From Mobula hypostoma (taxonomy: Eukaryota): a stretch of DNA of 64,000 nucleotides. The notes below the pieces were generated by a model, which was not told where the DNA came from, did not search any database, and was given only the letters and a program-made list of their open reading frames with translations. Position numbers and translations under genes: made by a program. Within the stretch, counting starts at the first letter, position 1, and each line of letters starts with the position of its first letter. The stretch is from NCBI RefSeq assembly GCF_963921235.1, contig NC_086108.1, positions 97,032,001 through 97,096,000 of the forward strand, given 5' to 3'. Shown here piece after piece: positions 24,102 to 36,099 of the stretch.

Positions 24102-24518
24102 ATTAGATTAGATTAGATTCAACTTTATTGTCATTGTGCCGAGTACAGATACAAAGCCAATGAAATGCATTTAGCTTCTGACCAGAAATGTAAAGAATAG
24201 TGTTATTTACAAAAGAACTGTGAATAAAAAAGTGCTACAGCTCACAAATATAAAAGTACTGAGACAGTACAATATGGATGCAATACTACTTTAGCGCTGT
24301 GATGAGAGGTTCAGCAGGGTCACAGCCTCAGGGAAGAAGCTCTTCCTGTGCCTGCTGGTGCGGGAGCGGAGGCTCCTGTAACGCCTACCAGATGGGAGGA
24401 GAGTAAAAAGTCCATGGTTAGGGTGAGATGTATCCCTGATAATGCTTTTCACCCTGCCCAGGCAGCGTTTATGGTAGATGTTCTCAATGGTGGGTAATTG
24501 GGTGCCGATAATCCGCTG
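24102..24518 (-). mobile_element. Rex1/Babar 3' end
   Basis: QRIIGTQLPTIENIY...HPNHGLFTLLPSGRRYRSLRSRTSRHRKSFFPEAVTLLN; (TCTAA)n tail. Confidence 0.9.
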
Positions 24519-24529
24519 ATATCGATAAG

Positions 24530-24800
24530 GACAAGAGATTCTGCAGATGCTGGAAATCCAGAGTAACACACACAAAATGCTGGAGGAACTCAGCTGGTCG
24601 GGCAGCATCTATGGAGATGAATAAACAGTTGACGTTTCGGGCCAAGGCCCCTCAGCAGGACTGGAGAGGAAGCCAGAAGAAGAAGGTGGATGGAGGTGAA
24701 GGAGCACAGGCTCAAAGGTGGTAGGTGAAGACGAGGGTGGGGGAAGGGTGATAAAGTAAGAACTGGGAGGTGATAGGTGGAAAAGGTAAAGGGCTGAACA
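24530..24800 (-). mobile_element. Penelope pLTR fragment, hammerhead with core mutation
   Basis: Minus strand CAGTC-CTGCTGA-GGGGCCTTGGCCC-GAAACGTC at ~24626-24663. Confidence 0.8.
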
Positions 24801-26182
24801 ATGATAAAGGAATTTTTTATTGTGTATTTAATATTTCAATAATATCTGAGTAATCTTGTATATAGATAGGCTGATTAAGCTTTCCTGTTTATTTAAATAA
24901 CTCATTATGGGTTACATGTATAAAACCGTGAATTGTATACGTTATCATGTTGCCAAGTGATGCATGTTCGCCTTGCTTAAAGTAAGGACAAAGTCACACC
25001 TGCATTTTCAGACTCCTGTAACTTCCTTTGAATTAATTTGAAGTTACAAAATATTATGTTTTGGATTTCAGTTCTGTATGGAATTAAAAGATGATGCCCA
25101 TGTTATTTTGGCTTATTACCAATATCATTAGTGGCCAGGATTATGAGGTTAATAGTAGAGTGACTCAAAGGGAGTGCTAATAAACACGAAAGAAAGCTTA
25201 TCGAGACACGATATGCTGTAGGTGCTTTAATCTGGAGCGAAGAACAAATCACCTGGAAGAGCCCAGGAGGTCAGGCAGCATCGGTGGAGGCAAAAGGAAA
25301 GTCGATATTTCAGGCTTCAGGATTGTGAGAAATTTTGTGGCATGAGTTTCCCCACTAAAACCACCAGGCACTTTAAAGAGATCTCTGGCATCCAGCAATA
25401 ACAGTGTTGTCAAGCTGAATAGGCAGCTAATCGCACCAAGCACAAAAAAGCAGGATTTTTTTTGCACATTTCATCCAAAATGTAATAAAGATTAAAACAT
25501 AAAAGCAGAATTGATGCTGACATTTCATAAAAACATTAAATTGTTTCATTTTAAAATTCATTCTATTCTGAAGTATTTATCTGATTTGACTTATGTAAAA
25601 ATAATTACAGCCGTAGATGTCTCAAAGCTGTAATTATACAATTAAAATCTCATATGCTCTTGTATAAGGTGCAAGGTTTTCTGTGGTGGTTATATTAACT
25701 CTGAGAAAAATTCATAACTGTCTGAATCTTTCTGTATATTGTCTTCCACTGACAGTGAGGGAAGAAGCTTCAAAGCGGTGTAGTCCAAGCAGAGGCACTG
25801 AATCATGGACAGAAACTTTGAGATCTCTGCTTTAAACAATGCACGTTGAGAAATCCTGAGATATGAGTACTGTCACAGCACAACGGCTCCAAATGTTGAT
25901 TGTTTTGTTGTCATTATAGCCGCAAACTCGAGCTATAATCTTACAATGATACCATTTAAATAACTACAATGCAGCTGATGTGGAGATTTTGATTTTCTGA
26001 TGCGAAGGATTGCTTTGGCAGGGATCAAAACAGTTTTGTAAGTATTGATACAGCAATTTAAAGTTAAAAGTTCAAAGTAAATTTATTATCAAAGTATGTA
26101 TACCATATACAACCTTGACATTCATCTTCTTGCAAAACAAAGGAAAATGATAGAACCTACAAAAAAAAAAGAGTTTGATAAT

Positions 26183-26589
26183 TTACTTACTTCCTGCCCA
26201 TTACACCACCGCTACTTAGGGCAGCAATGAAGGTTCTCCATCTCTGGTGGTGTTCAGGGCTTCCTTCATCGTGTCAGTAGCTTCCTCTCCGTTTTCATTA
26301 CTGTCAGCCATGCAAGTCCTAGTGGAGACTCAGGAATGCCATTGCACTCAGATGTAGAAGGATTCTTCATTGCTGTTTCCTTAACCATTTTGTCTTACCA
26401 GTCAGGGTTGTTAGCCCTAAGCGGAACCCCCGAAGCTGGAGGACTGTTGGTCTACCCTTAGTCTGGCCTCTACTCTTTGACCTGTTTGGCATGAGTGACC
26501 CTACTAAGAGCCAGCCAACGTAGCTCTCCGGGTTATTGAGACACACAAGCCCCCAAACCGAACAACAAGGTCGGGGTCCTCTTGGAGGA
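26183..26589 (-). mobile_element. Second copy of the short RTE-derived element
   Basis: Colinear with 5889-6286; same 5' start TCCTCCAAGAGGACC and (TAAG)n tail. Confidence 0.8.
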
Positions 26590-27654
26590 CAGTTTTTGTA
26601 AGTCTGGAGTCAATTATGCATTGCATCGTGACGATATTTGCAAAGTCATTTCTGTGACTCTCTCAATAGATAAGAAGCAGTCCCACTCAATGTTTTGATC
26701 AGAAAAGATATCTGTTTCATCAAAGTATTGTAGCAAAATTTACTCATTAATAAGGTTAATCAAACTGTTACAATTATGTGCCATGCTGCTCCCACAGAAA
26801 TCAAAGTATAGTTTTCAAAAGAGTTGATGGTGAAATGAGATTTTAAAAGTACTTTTAATGCAACTCTGTTAAAATAGTAGGGTGTCTTAACACCAATCAA
26901 AGTGTAATAGGCTTAATGTTACATTACAGTTATAAGTGGCTTGTGCAGCGTGACAGCGAGTGTTTATGAGGTTGCATGGAAAGTCCTGATTGCTGTGATC
27001 AATGTAAAGTATAATAAATATAGCAATAATACTGCCTCTTTTAGCTGTGTTTGAATAAAGTTATTATGAGTTGCATTATCAAAGCCAGCCCGGTTTTGAT
27101 AAGTGTGTGGCATTGTGCATTTTTCAGTCTCATCTCGTGAGGCTATAAAGAACATGAACATAATACTTTCCAGCTCTACTTTGAATGCAAATAAATTTAC
27201 AGACAAATTATGTATAAATTCATTACAAAAGCTGCAGAAGTATACTTTGCCCAAATCTGCTGGTGAAACTCTGCCTCTTCAGATGTCGGAACATCAGCCT
27301 TTTGGTGAAGCGCTGTTGAATTTTCATTACCTGTCATCATTAGGATTGTAGGTGGAATTGTAAAATTTATGGCACACAACAAAATCATTTGTCCCGTCGT
27401 GGCTGTGCTGGTGTCAGCGCTGCAGCTGGAGCTGTTGACAGTAATCACATTTCTCTGTTTTTTAGATCATTACTCCTTTTTGATCATATGTGTAGTAAGT
27501 CTACGTACCGCTGTTTTGCAGGGGCTGCAGCAAGGAAGGGCTGGCATGACGGCGCAGATGTTCCTTTGACACTGAAGGGATGTGGTTCAGGTCTGTCAGG
27601 TGGAAACTCATTCTGTCGGACGGGGCAGAAAGCGATGTCAAATGCAGAGCATTA

Positions 27655-27850
27655 CCGGTGCTGGAACAAAAAACAGAAGGCACTCAGCAGGTCAGGCAGC
27701 ATCTGTGGAGAGAAATAGTCAGTCGAAGTTTCGGGTCTTGGCTTGAAATGTTGACTCGTTATTCCTTTCCATAGGTGCTGCCCGACCTGCTGAGTTTCTG
27801 TGTGTGTGTTACTCTGGATTTCCAGCATCTGCAGAATCTCTTCTGTTTAT
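27655..27850. mobile_element. Penelope pLTR inverted pair (old)
   Basis: ACTCAGCAGGTCAGGCAGCATCTGTGGA followed by the reverse-complement arm TCCATAGGTGCTGCCCGACCTGCTGAGT; the junction falls within the hammerhead region. Confidence 0.7.
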
Positions 27851-27857
27851 GTTATGT

Positions 27858-28054
27858 GGAGAGAGACAGAGACAGGGAGTGGGAGACAGACAGACAGAGA
27901 GAGACACATGGAGACAGAGAGGGAGAGAGAGACAGAGACCGAGACAGAGACACACATACAGAGAGACAGAGAAGGAGAGAGACAGAGACACACAGATAGA
28001 GAGATGGAGAGAGAGAGACAGAGAGACACACACGCACAGACAGAGAGAGACAGA
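27858..28054. repeat. Degenerate (GAGACA)n/(GA)n simple repeat
   Basis: Direct observation; accounts for the low-complexity ORFs at 27775-28385. Confidence 0.95.
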
Positions 28055-28644
28055 GTTGATGTTTCAGGTCAATGTCCTTTCTTTTGTGCTGGACAGACAC
28101 CCAAATAGTGAGAAACTGGTGAATGTTTGTGTGGGGAAATCCTTGCGTGAAAGGTACTTCTACATTAGTCTTTGTAGTGTCTTCAGCCCTTCCAGTGGGC
28201 CAGCAACTGTTAAGCTTCTTCACCTTTTGATAATGATCACCTTTAAAAGAGGCTGTGACTGAAGAACAGATAGGAGCAGGATGCAATGTGTGGATGCTAT
28301 GCGACATAATGAGATGTTTCTCTTTTTTCACACACAAGTTGGTGGGTATATTGAATGACCAGCTAGAGGGAGTGACAGAGGGCATGTTATTGTGCTATGA
28401 CTCCATGGCTCCATAATTATAAGGTTATGATAATTGGGATGTCAGCCTTAATTCTACTTTCCTAATTGTTTCAGGAACCTCAGTTTTCCCTGTTTTTTAA
28501 CTTGACCTTGTGTATATTCAATCGTTTAACCTCTACAGTTCGCGGGACAAGCTCCAAACATTCACACCACTCTCTGGCAGAAATTTCTCCATCTCCATTT
28601 TACATTGGTAGCCTTTAATTCTGAAACTATGTCGTTTAGATCCA

Positions 28645-29015
28645 CACTCTGTGGTCACTTTATTAGGTACTCCTGTATACCTGCTCGTTAATGCAAATAT
28701 CTAACAGCCAATCGTGTGGCAGCAACTGAATGCATAAAAGCATGCAGACATGGTCATTTGTTGTTCAGACCAAACATCAGAAGGGGGAAGAAATGTGGTC
28801 TAAGTGACTTTGACCGAAAAGTGATTGTTGGTTCCATACAGGGTGGTTTGAGGATCTCTGAAACTGCTGATCTCATGGAGTTTCCATGCACAACGGAGCC
28901 TAGAGTTTACAGAGAATGGTGTGAAAAACAAGTGAATATCTAGTGAGTGGCAGTCCTGTGGGTGAAAACACCTTGTTAATGAAAGAGGTCAGAGGAGAAT
29001 GACAGTAATTCAAAC
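28645..29015 (+). mobile_element. Tc1-type transposon, left end with transposase N-terminus
   Basis: TIR CACTCTGTGGTCACTTTATTAGGTAC; GKKCGLSDFDRKVIVG...ISETADLMEF...RVYREW (HTH). Same family as 49398-49960. Confidence 0.85.
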
Positions 29016-29029
29016 AACTCAGATGAACA

Positions 29030-29275
29030 GATATTAGGAAGAATTTACCTAGTCAGAGGCTGGTGGATCTATGGAATTGCCACAGGTGTCTGTGGTGGTT
29101 AAGCCTTTGGGTTTAATTAAAGCAGAGTTTGATAGGTGCTTTGTTGGTAAAGTTCTCAGAGATTATGGGCAGAAGATAGGAGAATGGGATTGAGAAGGAA
29201 AATATATCAGCTATGACTGAATGGCAGAACAGACTTAATGGGCCAAATGGATTAATTCTGCTCCTATGTTTTATG
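29030..29275 (+). mobile_element. CR1 3' end
   Basis: Reverse complement of the CR1 3' UTR seen at 12570-12800. Confidence 0.75.
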
Positions 29276-29414
29276 GTGTTTCTCTTTGGATGTCCTGGCA
29301 TTATGGTGGCAATCTGGCTGCTGGACAACTGTATCTTGCTCTTTGAGTCCACAGCGATGTTCTTGCTGACTTAAGACCTTGGCCTAGAAGATGAAGAATG
29401 AGCTTCAGACTATA

Positions 29415-29626
29415 GCAACATGCAGAAAACGCTGGAAGAACTCAGCGGGCCAGGCACCATCTGAGGAAAAAAGTAAACAGTTGACATTTCTGACCAAGAC
29501 TCATCAGGACCCTTTATCCGGCCTGACTGTTTACTCTTTTCCATGGTTGCTGCCTGACCTGCTGAGTTCCTGCAGCATTTTGTGTGTGTTGCCCAGATTT
29601 CCAGCATCTGCAGATTTTCTCTTGTT
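29415..29626. mobile_element. Penelope pLTR inverted pair with TSD
   Basis: Two opposite-orientation arms. TSD TGARCTTCAGACTATA at 29399-29414 and 29627-29642. Confidence 0.85.
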
Positions 29627-30494
29627 TGAACTTCAGACTATATCCTGGGTTATTTAATGGAGCAGTCCAAAATGGTTGGTCATGGAACATGGGTCGATGT
29701 GTATTTGAGAGGCCAGTTTGGTGCCCCCTGTCTGGGGAACATCAATAGGCTAAATCTGTTCACAGGTTTTCCCAGGTGACTGTGTAGACCGTGGCTCAGT
29801 GATGTGCAGTCACTCAGCATGGTCCCCACTACTTCATCCTCCAGAGCTGGTGAAAGACAAACCCTACTGCTCAGACACTGGGTCCCTGGCTGTCTTCAAT
29901 CTTCCCCATGGCTTCACAACCCGGCTTCACAAGGGCTGGGGAGGAGAGAGGGTGCACGGGTACCTCTGGCCCTGCTTTGGAGATGTTATGTGCCACTTCC
30001 CTGCTTCACGGAGAGGCCAGCCTGCAGACAGGTAGTGTTGCCCTGTCTGTGCAGGAGGGTGATCGATGGACAGGCAGCGTCCCTCTGTTCGTGCAGATCA
30101 GCTGAAGGGTTCATCCTTTGCTGCTGGAGAACGGTGAGCTGGTCTTGCAAAAGACAGAAAAGCCTGAAAGCACATTCCATCAAGCCCAAGGACAGCTTCA
30201 TATGTTATATGATTACTGAATGGATCTCTTGTACAATGAGATTTGGACTCTTGCCCTCACAATCCACCTTGTCATGGCCTTGCACCTTATTTTCTACCTG
30301 CCCTGCACTCCCTCTGTAACTGTAAGACAAAAGTTTGCTTTCTGTTATTATTTTTCTCTTGCACTGATGTGGTGAAATGACCTGTATGGATGGCGTGCAA
30401 AGCTAACTTTCTCACTCTACCTTGGTGCACGAGACTATAATAAACCAATTACCAGTCTGCCTTCTCAGAAATCTAAATGCTTCAGCACCTGGGC

Positions 30495-30935
30495 TTCAAC
30501 AACCTTGGAGTATTGTGTTCACTTCAGGCCACCTCATTATGGGAAGCTCCAGAGAGGGTGCAGGGGAGATTAACCAGGATGACAGCTGGATTAAAAAGCA
30601 AGCCTGTTCAGGATAGGTTGAATGAAGAAGGATGGGAAGTGACTTGATAGAGCTATGCAAGATGACGAGGCACAGATCAAGTGGACAGCCACACACTTAT
30701 TTCTAGGGCAGACCTTCCTAATACAAGAGGGCATAACTTTGAGGTTTTGGGAGGCAAGTATAGGCGGGATGTCAAAGGTATTTTACACTGAAAGTGGTGG
30801 GTGCGTGGAACATTCTGACAGGGTGGGTGGTAGAGGCAGATATATTAGGGACATTTAAGAGACTCTTAGATAGGCACATGGATGAAAGGAAAACAGAGGG
30901 CTATGTGGCTGGGCAGGTGTAGATTGATATTAGAT
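30495..30935 (+). mobile_element. Old CR1 3' fragment
   Basis: Degenerate LEYCVHF / ERVQGRLTRM and CR1 3' region. Confidence 0.7.
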
Positions 30936-31214
30936 ATGGAAACTGCACCAGAGTAGTGCATTTTATTCTCCATATCTAAGGATGGCGGAAGTGCAGAAAA
31001 GTTCCAGGATGAAGAGGTCCATGTATGAACAGAGGTTGTGCAGGCTGAGTTTGCACTCAATGCAACATCGAATGAGTGAGAGGTTAATTCAGACATGCGA
31101 GTTTCTGAGGGGGAAGAGTTGAAAGGGATGAGAGTTCCTATAGTTGTAGTGACTAGAACTGGTGGGGGGGTGGTATAATGTTCAAACAAATGGATGTTCT
31201 TTTAAACTGAACTT

Positions 31215-32470
31215 AAGACCATAAAATATAGGAGCAGAATTAGGCCATTTGGCCCATTGAGCCTGCTCCATCATTTCATCATGGCTGATCCATTTTTCCT
31301 CTCAGTCCAAATCTCCTGCCTCCTCCCCGTCTCCCTTCATGCCCTGACCATATCAAGAATCTGTCAACTTCGGCCTTATACATACATCAAGACTTGGCCT
31401 CCACAGCTGCCTGTGGCAAAGAATTCCACAGACTCACCACTCTCTGGCTAAAGAAATTCTTTTCATCTGCATTCTAAAAAGACGCTTCTCTATTCTGAGG
31501 CAGTGTCGTCGGGTCTTAGACTCTCCCACCGTAGGAAACATCCTCTCCACATCTACCCTATCAAAGCCTTTCACCATTCGATAAGTTTCAATGAGGTCAC
31601 ACCTCATTCTTCTGAATTCTAGTGAATACAGCCCCAGAGCCATCAGATGCTCTTCGTCTGGCTAACCATTCAATCCTGTAATCATTTTCGTGAACCTCCT
31701 TTGAACCCTCTCCAGTTTCAGCGCATTCTGTCTAAGATAAGGAGCCAAACCTGCTCACATTAGTCCAAGTGAAGCCTTACCAGTGCTTTATAAAGTTTCA
31801 ACATTATAGTCTTGCTTTCATATTCTAGTTCTTTAGAAATAAATGCTAACATTGCATTTGCCTTCCTCACCACAGACTCAACTTGAGATTAACCTTTAGG
31901 GAATCCTGCACAAAGACTCCCAAGTCCTTTTATGTCTCAGTTTTTTGTATTTTCTCTCCATTTAGAAAATAGTCAACCCATTCATTTTTCATACCAAACT
32001 GTATGACCATACACTTACTGACACTGTATTTCATCTGCCATTTCTTTGCCCATTCTCATAATCTGACTGAGTCCTTCTGTAGCCTCTCTGCTTCCTCAAA
32101 ACTACCTGCCCCTCCACCTATCTTCATATCTTCTGCAAACTTTGCAACAAAGCCATCGATTTCATCATCCAATTCATTGGATGTAAAAAGAATCTGTCCC
32201 AACACAGACCCCTGTGGAACGCCAATAGTCAATGGCAGCCAGTTAGAAAAGGCTCCCTTTATTCCCATTCTTTGCTTCCTGCCAATCAACTACTGCTTTA
32301 TCCATACTAGAATCTTTCTGTAATACCATGGGCTCATAGCTTGTTAAGCAGCCTCATGTGTGGCACCTTGTCAAAAGCCTTCTGAAAATCCAAGTACACA
32401 ACATCAACCGATTCTCCTTTGTCTATCCTGCTTGTTATTTTTTCAAAGAATTCCAACAGATTTGTCAGGC
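31215..32470 (-). mobile_element. CR1 LINE, 5'-truncated
   Basis: [18 protein letters not shown] and LYSLEFRRMRCDLIETY motifs; same subfamily as 8110-9895. Confidence 0.95.
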
Positions 32471-32877
32471 AATCTGTGGATAGACCTCAAAAGAGCAGTG
32501 CATGCAAGACGGCCCAAGAATCTCACAGAACTAGAAGCCTTTTGCCAGGAAGAATGGGCGGAAATTCCCCAAACAAGAATTTGAAAGACTCTTAGCTGGC
32601 CACAAAAAGAGTTTACAAGCTGTGATACTTGCCAATCGGGGTGTTACTAAGTACTACTATGCAGGGTGCCCAAATTTTTGCTTTGGGCACTTTTTCTTTT
32701 TTTGTTATTTTGAAACTGTAAAAGATGGAAATAAAAAAGTTTACTTGCTTAAAATATTAAAGAAATGTGTCATCTTTAACTTTATGCCTTTTGGAAATCA
32801 GTTCATCTTTTACTCCCTTTACTATTCACAGTAACAGAAATTTTGACCAGGGGTGCCCAAACTTTTGCATGCCACTG
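32471..32877 (+). mobile_element. Tc1-type transposon right end (IR/DR type)
   Basis: NLWIDLKRAVHARRPKNLTELEAFCQEEWAEIPQ (Tc1 C-terminus). Direct repeat GGGTGCCCAAAYTTTTGC at ~32664 and 32851. Terminus CCACTG followed by TA. Confidence 0.9.
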
Positions 32878-33459
32878 TATATAGACACTGCTACTGAACA
32901 TTTTTAAGTGTTCATTAATGATATGATAAAAGTATCATTCATTGTTACCAAGCTACACAGAGATGATTTTGTGTCAGTGAATGCAATTTATTGCTTTGAG
33001 TTTGATAAGACAGTTTCATTTGGTTTCACCTGTCAACTTCAGCTGTCATATATCAGCAGTGTTTCTGTATTCCCTTTCTCACAATAATCTTCTCAGCTGC
33101 TCAGTCCTTTAATGTTGTTAACTGTAGATTCTTCACATCTCTTGTCACTCTAATGCACAATTTTTGTCTTGTGCTTTTATAGTATAAGCTATCCATTATA
33201 TACAAAATGCAATTGTACACTGATCCACAAAGCAAAGCTATTTGTTCCGATGTAAATCCCACTAATCAAATAATGAAAAACTTAAGTTGTTGCCTCTTCA
33301 CATGACGGACTGACATTCTTTCTACTGCAGTTTGCTCCCTATTTGGTGGGTCGCATTTTATCATCCTTGTTTTCTGCCTTAAGTAACCCAGTAATGACGT
33401 GTTTATTTAGTTACTGTACCAGGTAACACTATGAAATAAGCTTGAACTCAGAAGCTATG

Positions 33460-33935
33460 AAGGTGCCACTTTCCAGGGTGGAGGAGCAAAACCTTATATT
33501 CCGTCTGGGTACTCTCCAACTTGAAGGCATGAATATAGATTTTGCTTTCTGGTGAACAAATATCCTCCCCCCCCCCCACCACCTTTCCTTTTTTTCCCTT
33601 CCACTCTGACTTTTCACTACTACTCAGCTGCCTGTTACCTCCCCCTGGGTCTCCTCCTTCTTCCCTTTCTCCAAATGTTCACCCTTCTCTCCTATCAGAT
33701 TCTTTCTTCTCCAGCCCTTGACCTTTCCCACCCACCTGGCTTCACTATCTCCTTCCAGCTCGCCTCTTTCCCCTCCCCCCAACATTTTATTCTGATATCT
33801 TCTTTTTGAAGAAGGGCCTCAGCCCAAAACATTAACTGTTGACTCTTTTCCATAGATGCTGCCTGATGTTCTGATCTCCTCCTGAGTTCTGTGTGTATTG
33901 CTTTGGATTTTCAGGATCTGCAGATTTCCTCTTTT
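33460..33935 (+). mobile_element. Penelope 3' fragment (end of GIY-YIG plus pLTR)
   Basis: RVEEQNLIFRLGTLQLEGMNIDF matches the C-terminus of the ORF ending at 63549; degenerate hammerhead at ~33805-33840. Confidence 0.85.
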
Positions 33936-33960
33936 AGGTTGCAGGCACTCTGTTAGGAAT

Positions 33961-34271
33961 TATATAGGCATCTGTTAGTCTCATGAGACCATGGATTTGC
34001 GCCTTGGAAGGTTTCCAGGGCGCAGGCCTGGGCAAGGTTGTATGGAAGACCGGCAGTTACCCATGCTGCAAGTCTCTCCTCTCCAAGCCACCGATGTTGT
34101 CCAAGGGAAGGGCAGTAGGGCCGATACAGCTTGGCACTGGTGTCGTCGCAGAACAATGTGTGGTTAAGTGCCTTGCTCAAGGATACAACATGCTGCCTCA
34201 GCTGAGGCTCGAACTAGCGACCTTCAGATCACTAGACCGACGCCTTAACCACTTGGCCACGCGCCAACACA
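33961..34271 (-). mobile_element. tRNA+CORE-like SINE, body type 2
   Basis: Reverse complement of the 21707/22557 family. TSD CTGTTAGGAAT at 33950-33960 and 34272-34282. Confidence 0.88.
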
Positions 34272-34357
34272 CTGTTAGGAATATTGCTTTCTTATAAGCC
34301 CCCCCACCCAATACCCCATAATCACGGTGCCAACTTCCAACCAACGTACTTGCTTTC

Positions 34358-34789
34358 AAAACAACACACACAAAATGCTGGAGGAACTCAGCAGGTCAGG
34401 CTGCTTCTACGGAAATGAATAAACAGTTGACATTTTAGTTTGAGACTCTTCTTCAGGACTGGAAAGGAAGGGAGAAGATACCAGAATAAGAAGGGGGGGG
34501 AGGGGAAGGAGGACAAGCTAGAAGGTGAAAGCTGAAGGCAGCTATGTGGGGGTGGGGAGATGAAGTAAGAAGCTGGGAGGTGATAATTGGGAAAGGTAAA
34601 GGGCTGGAGAAGAAGGGATCTGATAGGAGAGGAGTGTGGATCGTGGGAAAAAGGGAAGGAGGAGGGGCACCAGGAGTAAGTGATTGGCAGGTGAGGAGAA
34701 GAGGTAAGAGGCCAGAGTGGGAAAATGAAGAGGGAGGGGGAAGGGGGAAGGGGGAACATTTACCAGAAGTTGGAGAAATCAATGTCCAT
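34358..34789 (-). mobile_element. Penelope pLTR and end of EN domain; continues at ~38987-39015 beyond the CR1
   Basis: MDIDFSNFW at the junction; pLTR body; degenerate hammerhead at ~34425-34462. Confidence 0.85.
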
Positions 34790-35004
34790 TAGTGGCGGAC
34801 CAATCAATTCGCAATTCATTAGACAAGAAAGTAAAAATAAAGCAGGGTCAAAGCAGAGTGGCCGCTGTGTGAGGGGGTCAGTGTAGGAGTGGGAACTTGA
34901 GACTTTGGCAAGGAGGCACAGGTAAGTAGCAAGCAAGGCTTTTGTAGTGGTTGAATAAATAGTCACTAAATTACAGCTAATTAAATAAAGTAGGGACGAT
35001 ACAG

Positions 35005-35935
35005 GATCAGGTGATGTGCTGTAGCTGCGTGATGTGGGAGCTGGTGGACCCCATTGTGGTTCCTGGTGACCACACCTGCAGCAAGTGTTGGCTGCTCGAG
35101 GCTCAAAGCTGATGAGCTTCAAACACTGCGGCACATCAGGGAGGGGGAGAGTTAACTGGATTCTCTGTTTCAGGAAGTAGTTACACACATTAGATTAGCT
35201 GCCTCAAATTCGGTCTGTGGACAGGGACAAGAGGATGTGACTGCGAGTGAGCTGGGTAGTGGGATCCAAGAGACAGTGCCAGAGGAACCTCAGCCCTTGA
35301 GCTTGTCCAGCAGGTTTGAGATTTTTGTTCCCTGTGTGAATGAGAATGGGGGCTATAGGACCGATGAGCAATCTAACTATGGCACCATGGTTCAGGGAGC
35401 CATTCAAGAGGGGGGAAAGAAGAGAAATGTGGTGATTGGGGATAGTATAGTCAGGGGAATAGAGAGAGTTCTCTGTCATGAGGATAGAGCGTCCCGAAGG
35501 CTGTGTTGCCTGCCTGGTGCCTGGGTTCAGGACATCTTATCTGACCTACAGAGGAATTTGCAGTGGGAGGGAGAAGATCCAGTTGTCATAGTCCACGAGG
35601 GTACCAACGACATAGATAGATCGAGGAAAGAGGTTCTGCTGAGGGAATTTGAGCAGCTAGGAACTAAATTAAAAAGCAGAGCCAAAAAGGTAGTAATCTC
35701 TGGATTACTACTACCTGAACCACGTGCAAATTGGCATAGGATCAAGAAGATTAGAGAGTCAAATGCGTGGCTCAAGGATTGGTGTGGAAGAAGTGGGTTT
35801 GAATTCATGGGAAATTGGCACCAGTATTGGGGAAGGAGGGAGCTGTACCAATGGGACAGGCTGCACCTGAACCATGATGGGACCTGGATCCTAGCGAATT
35901 GCATAACTAGGGCTGTGGATAGGGCTTTAAACTAA
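35005..35935 (+). pseudogene. CR1 ORF1: CxxC..CxxC zinc finger/coiled region plus SGNH esterase domain
   Basis: CCSC...HTCSKC at ~35015-35090. ORF 35237-35935 has VIGDSIVRG, CLPGA, HEGTNDI, SGLL and DRLHLN (SGNH blocks). Stop and indels upstream of 35237. Confidence 0.9.
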
Positions 35936-36099
35936 ATTGTAGTGGGGTGGATTCAACCGTTTGGAGAAGTGTGGATAAAGTAAAAAGAAAAGTGTGGATA
36001 AAGATAAAGAAAAAAACAAAAGGTAAAAAAGAGAAAAGTAAGAGTGGAGTGAAGAAAAGTCAAGTGCAAAAGAGTAAAAGATTACAAGATTTTAAAAGC

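Noticed and set aside
24802..25056. Possible solo LTR
   Set aside because: No clear TG...CA ends, TSD or second copy in the window.
27775..28385. Several overlapping ORFs (R/E/D/T- or S/L/V/C-rich)
   Set aside because: Artefacts of the (GAGACA)n simple repeat.
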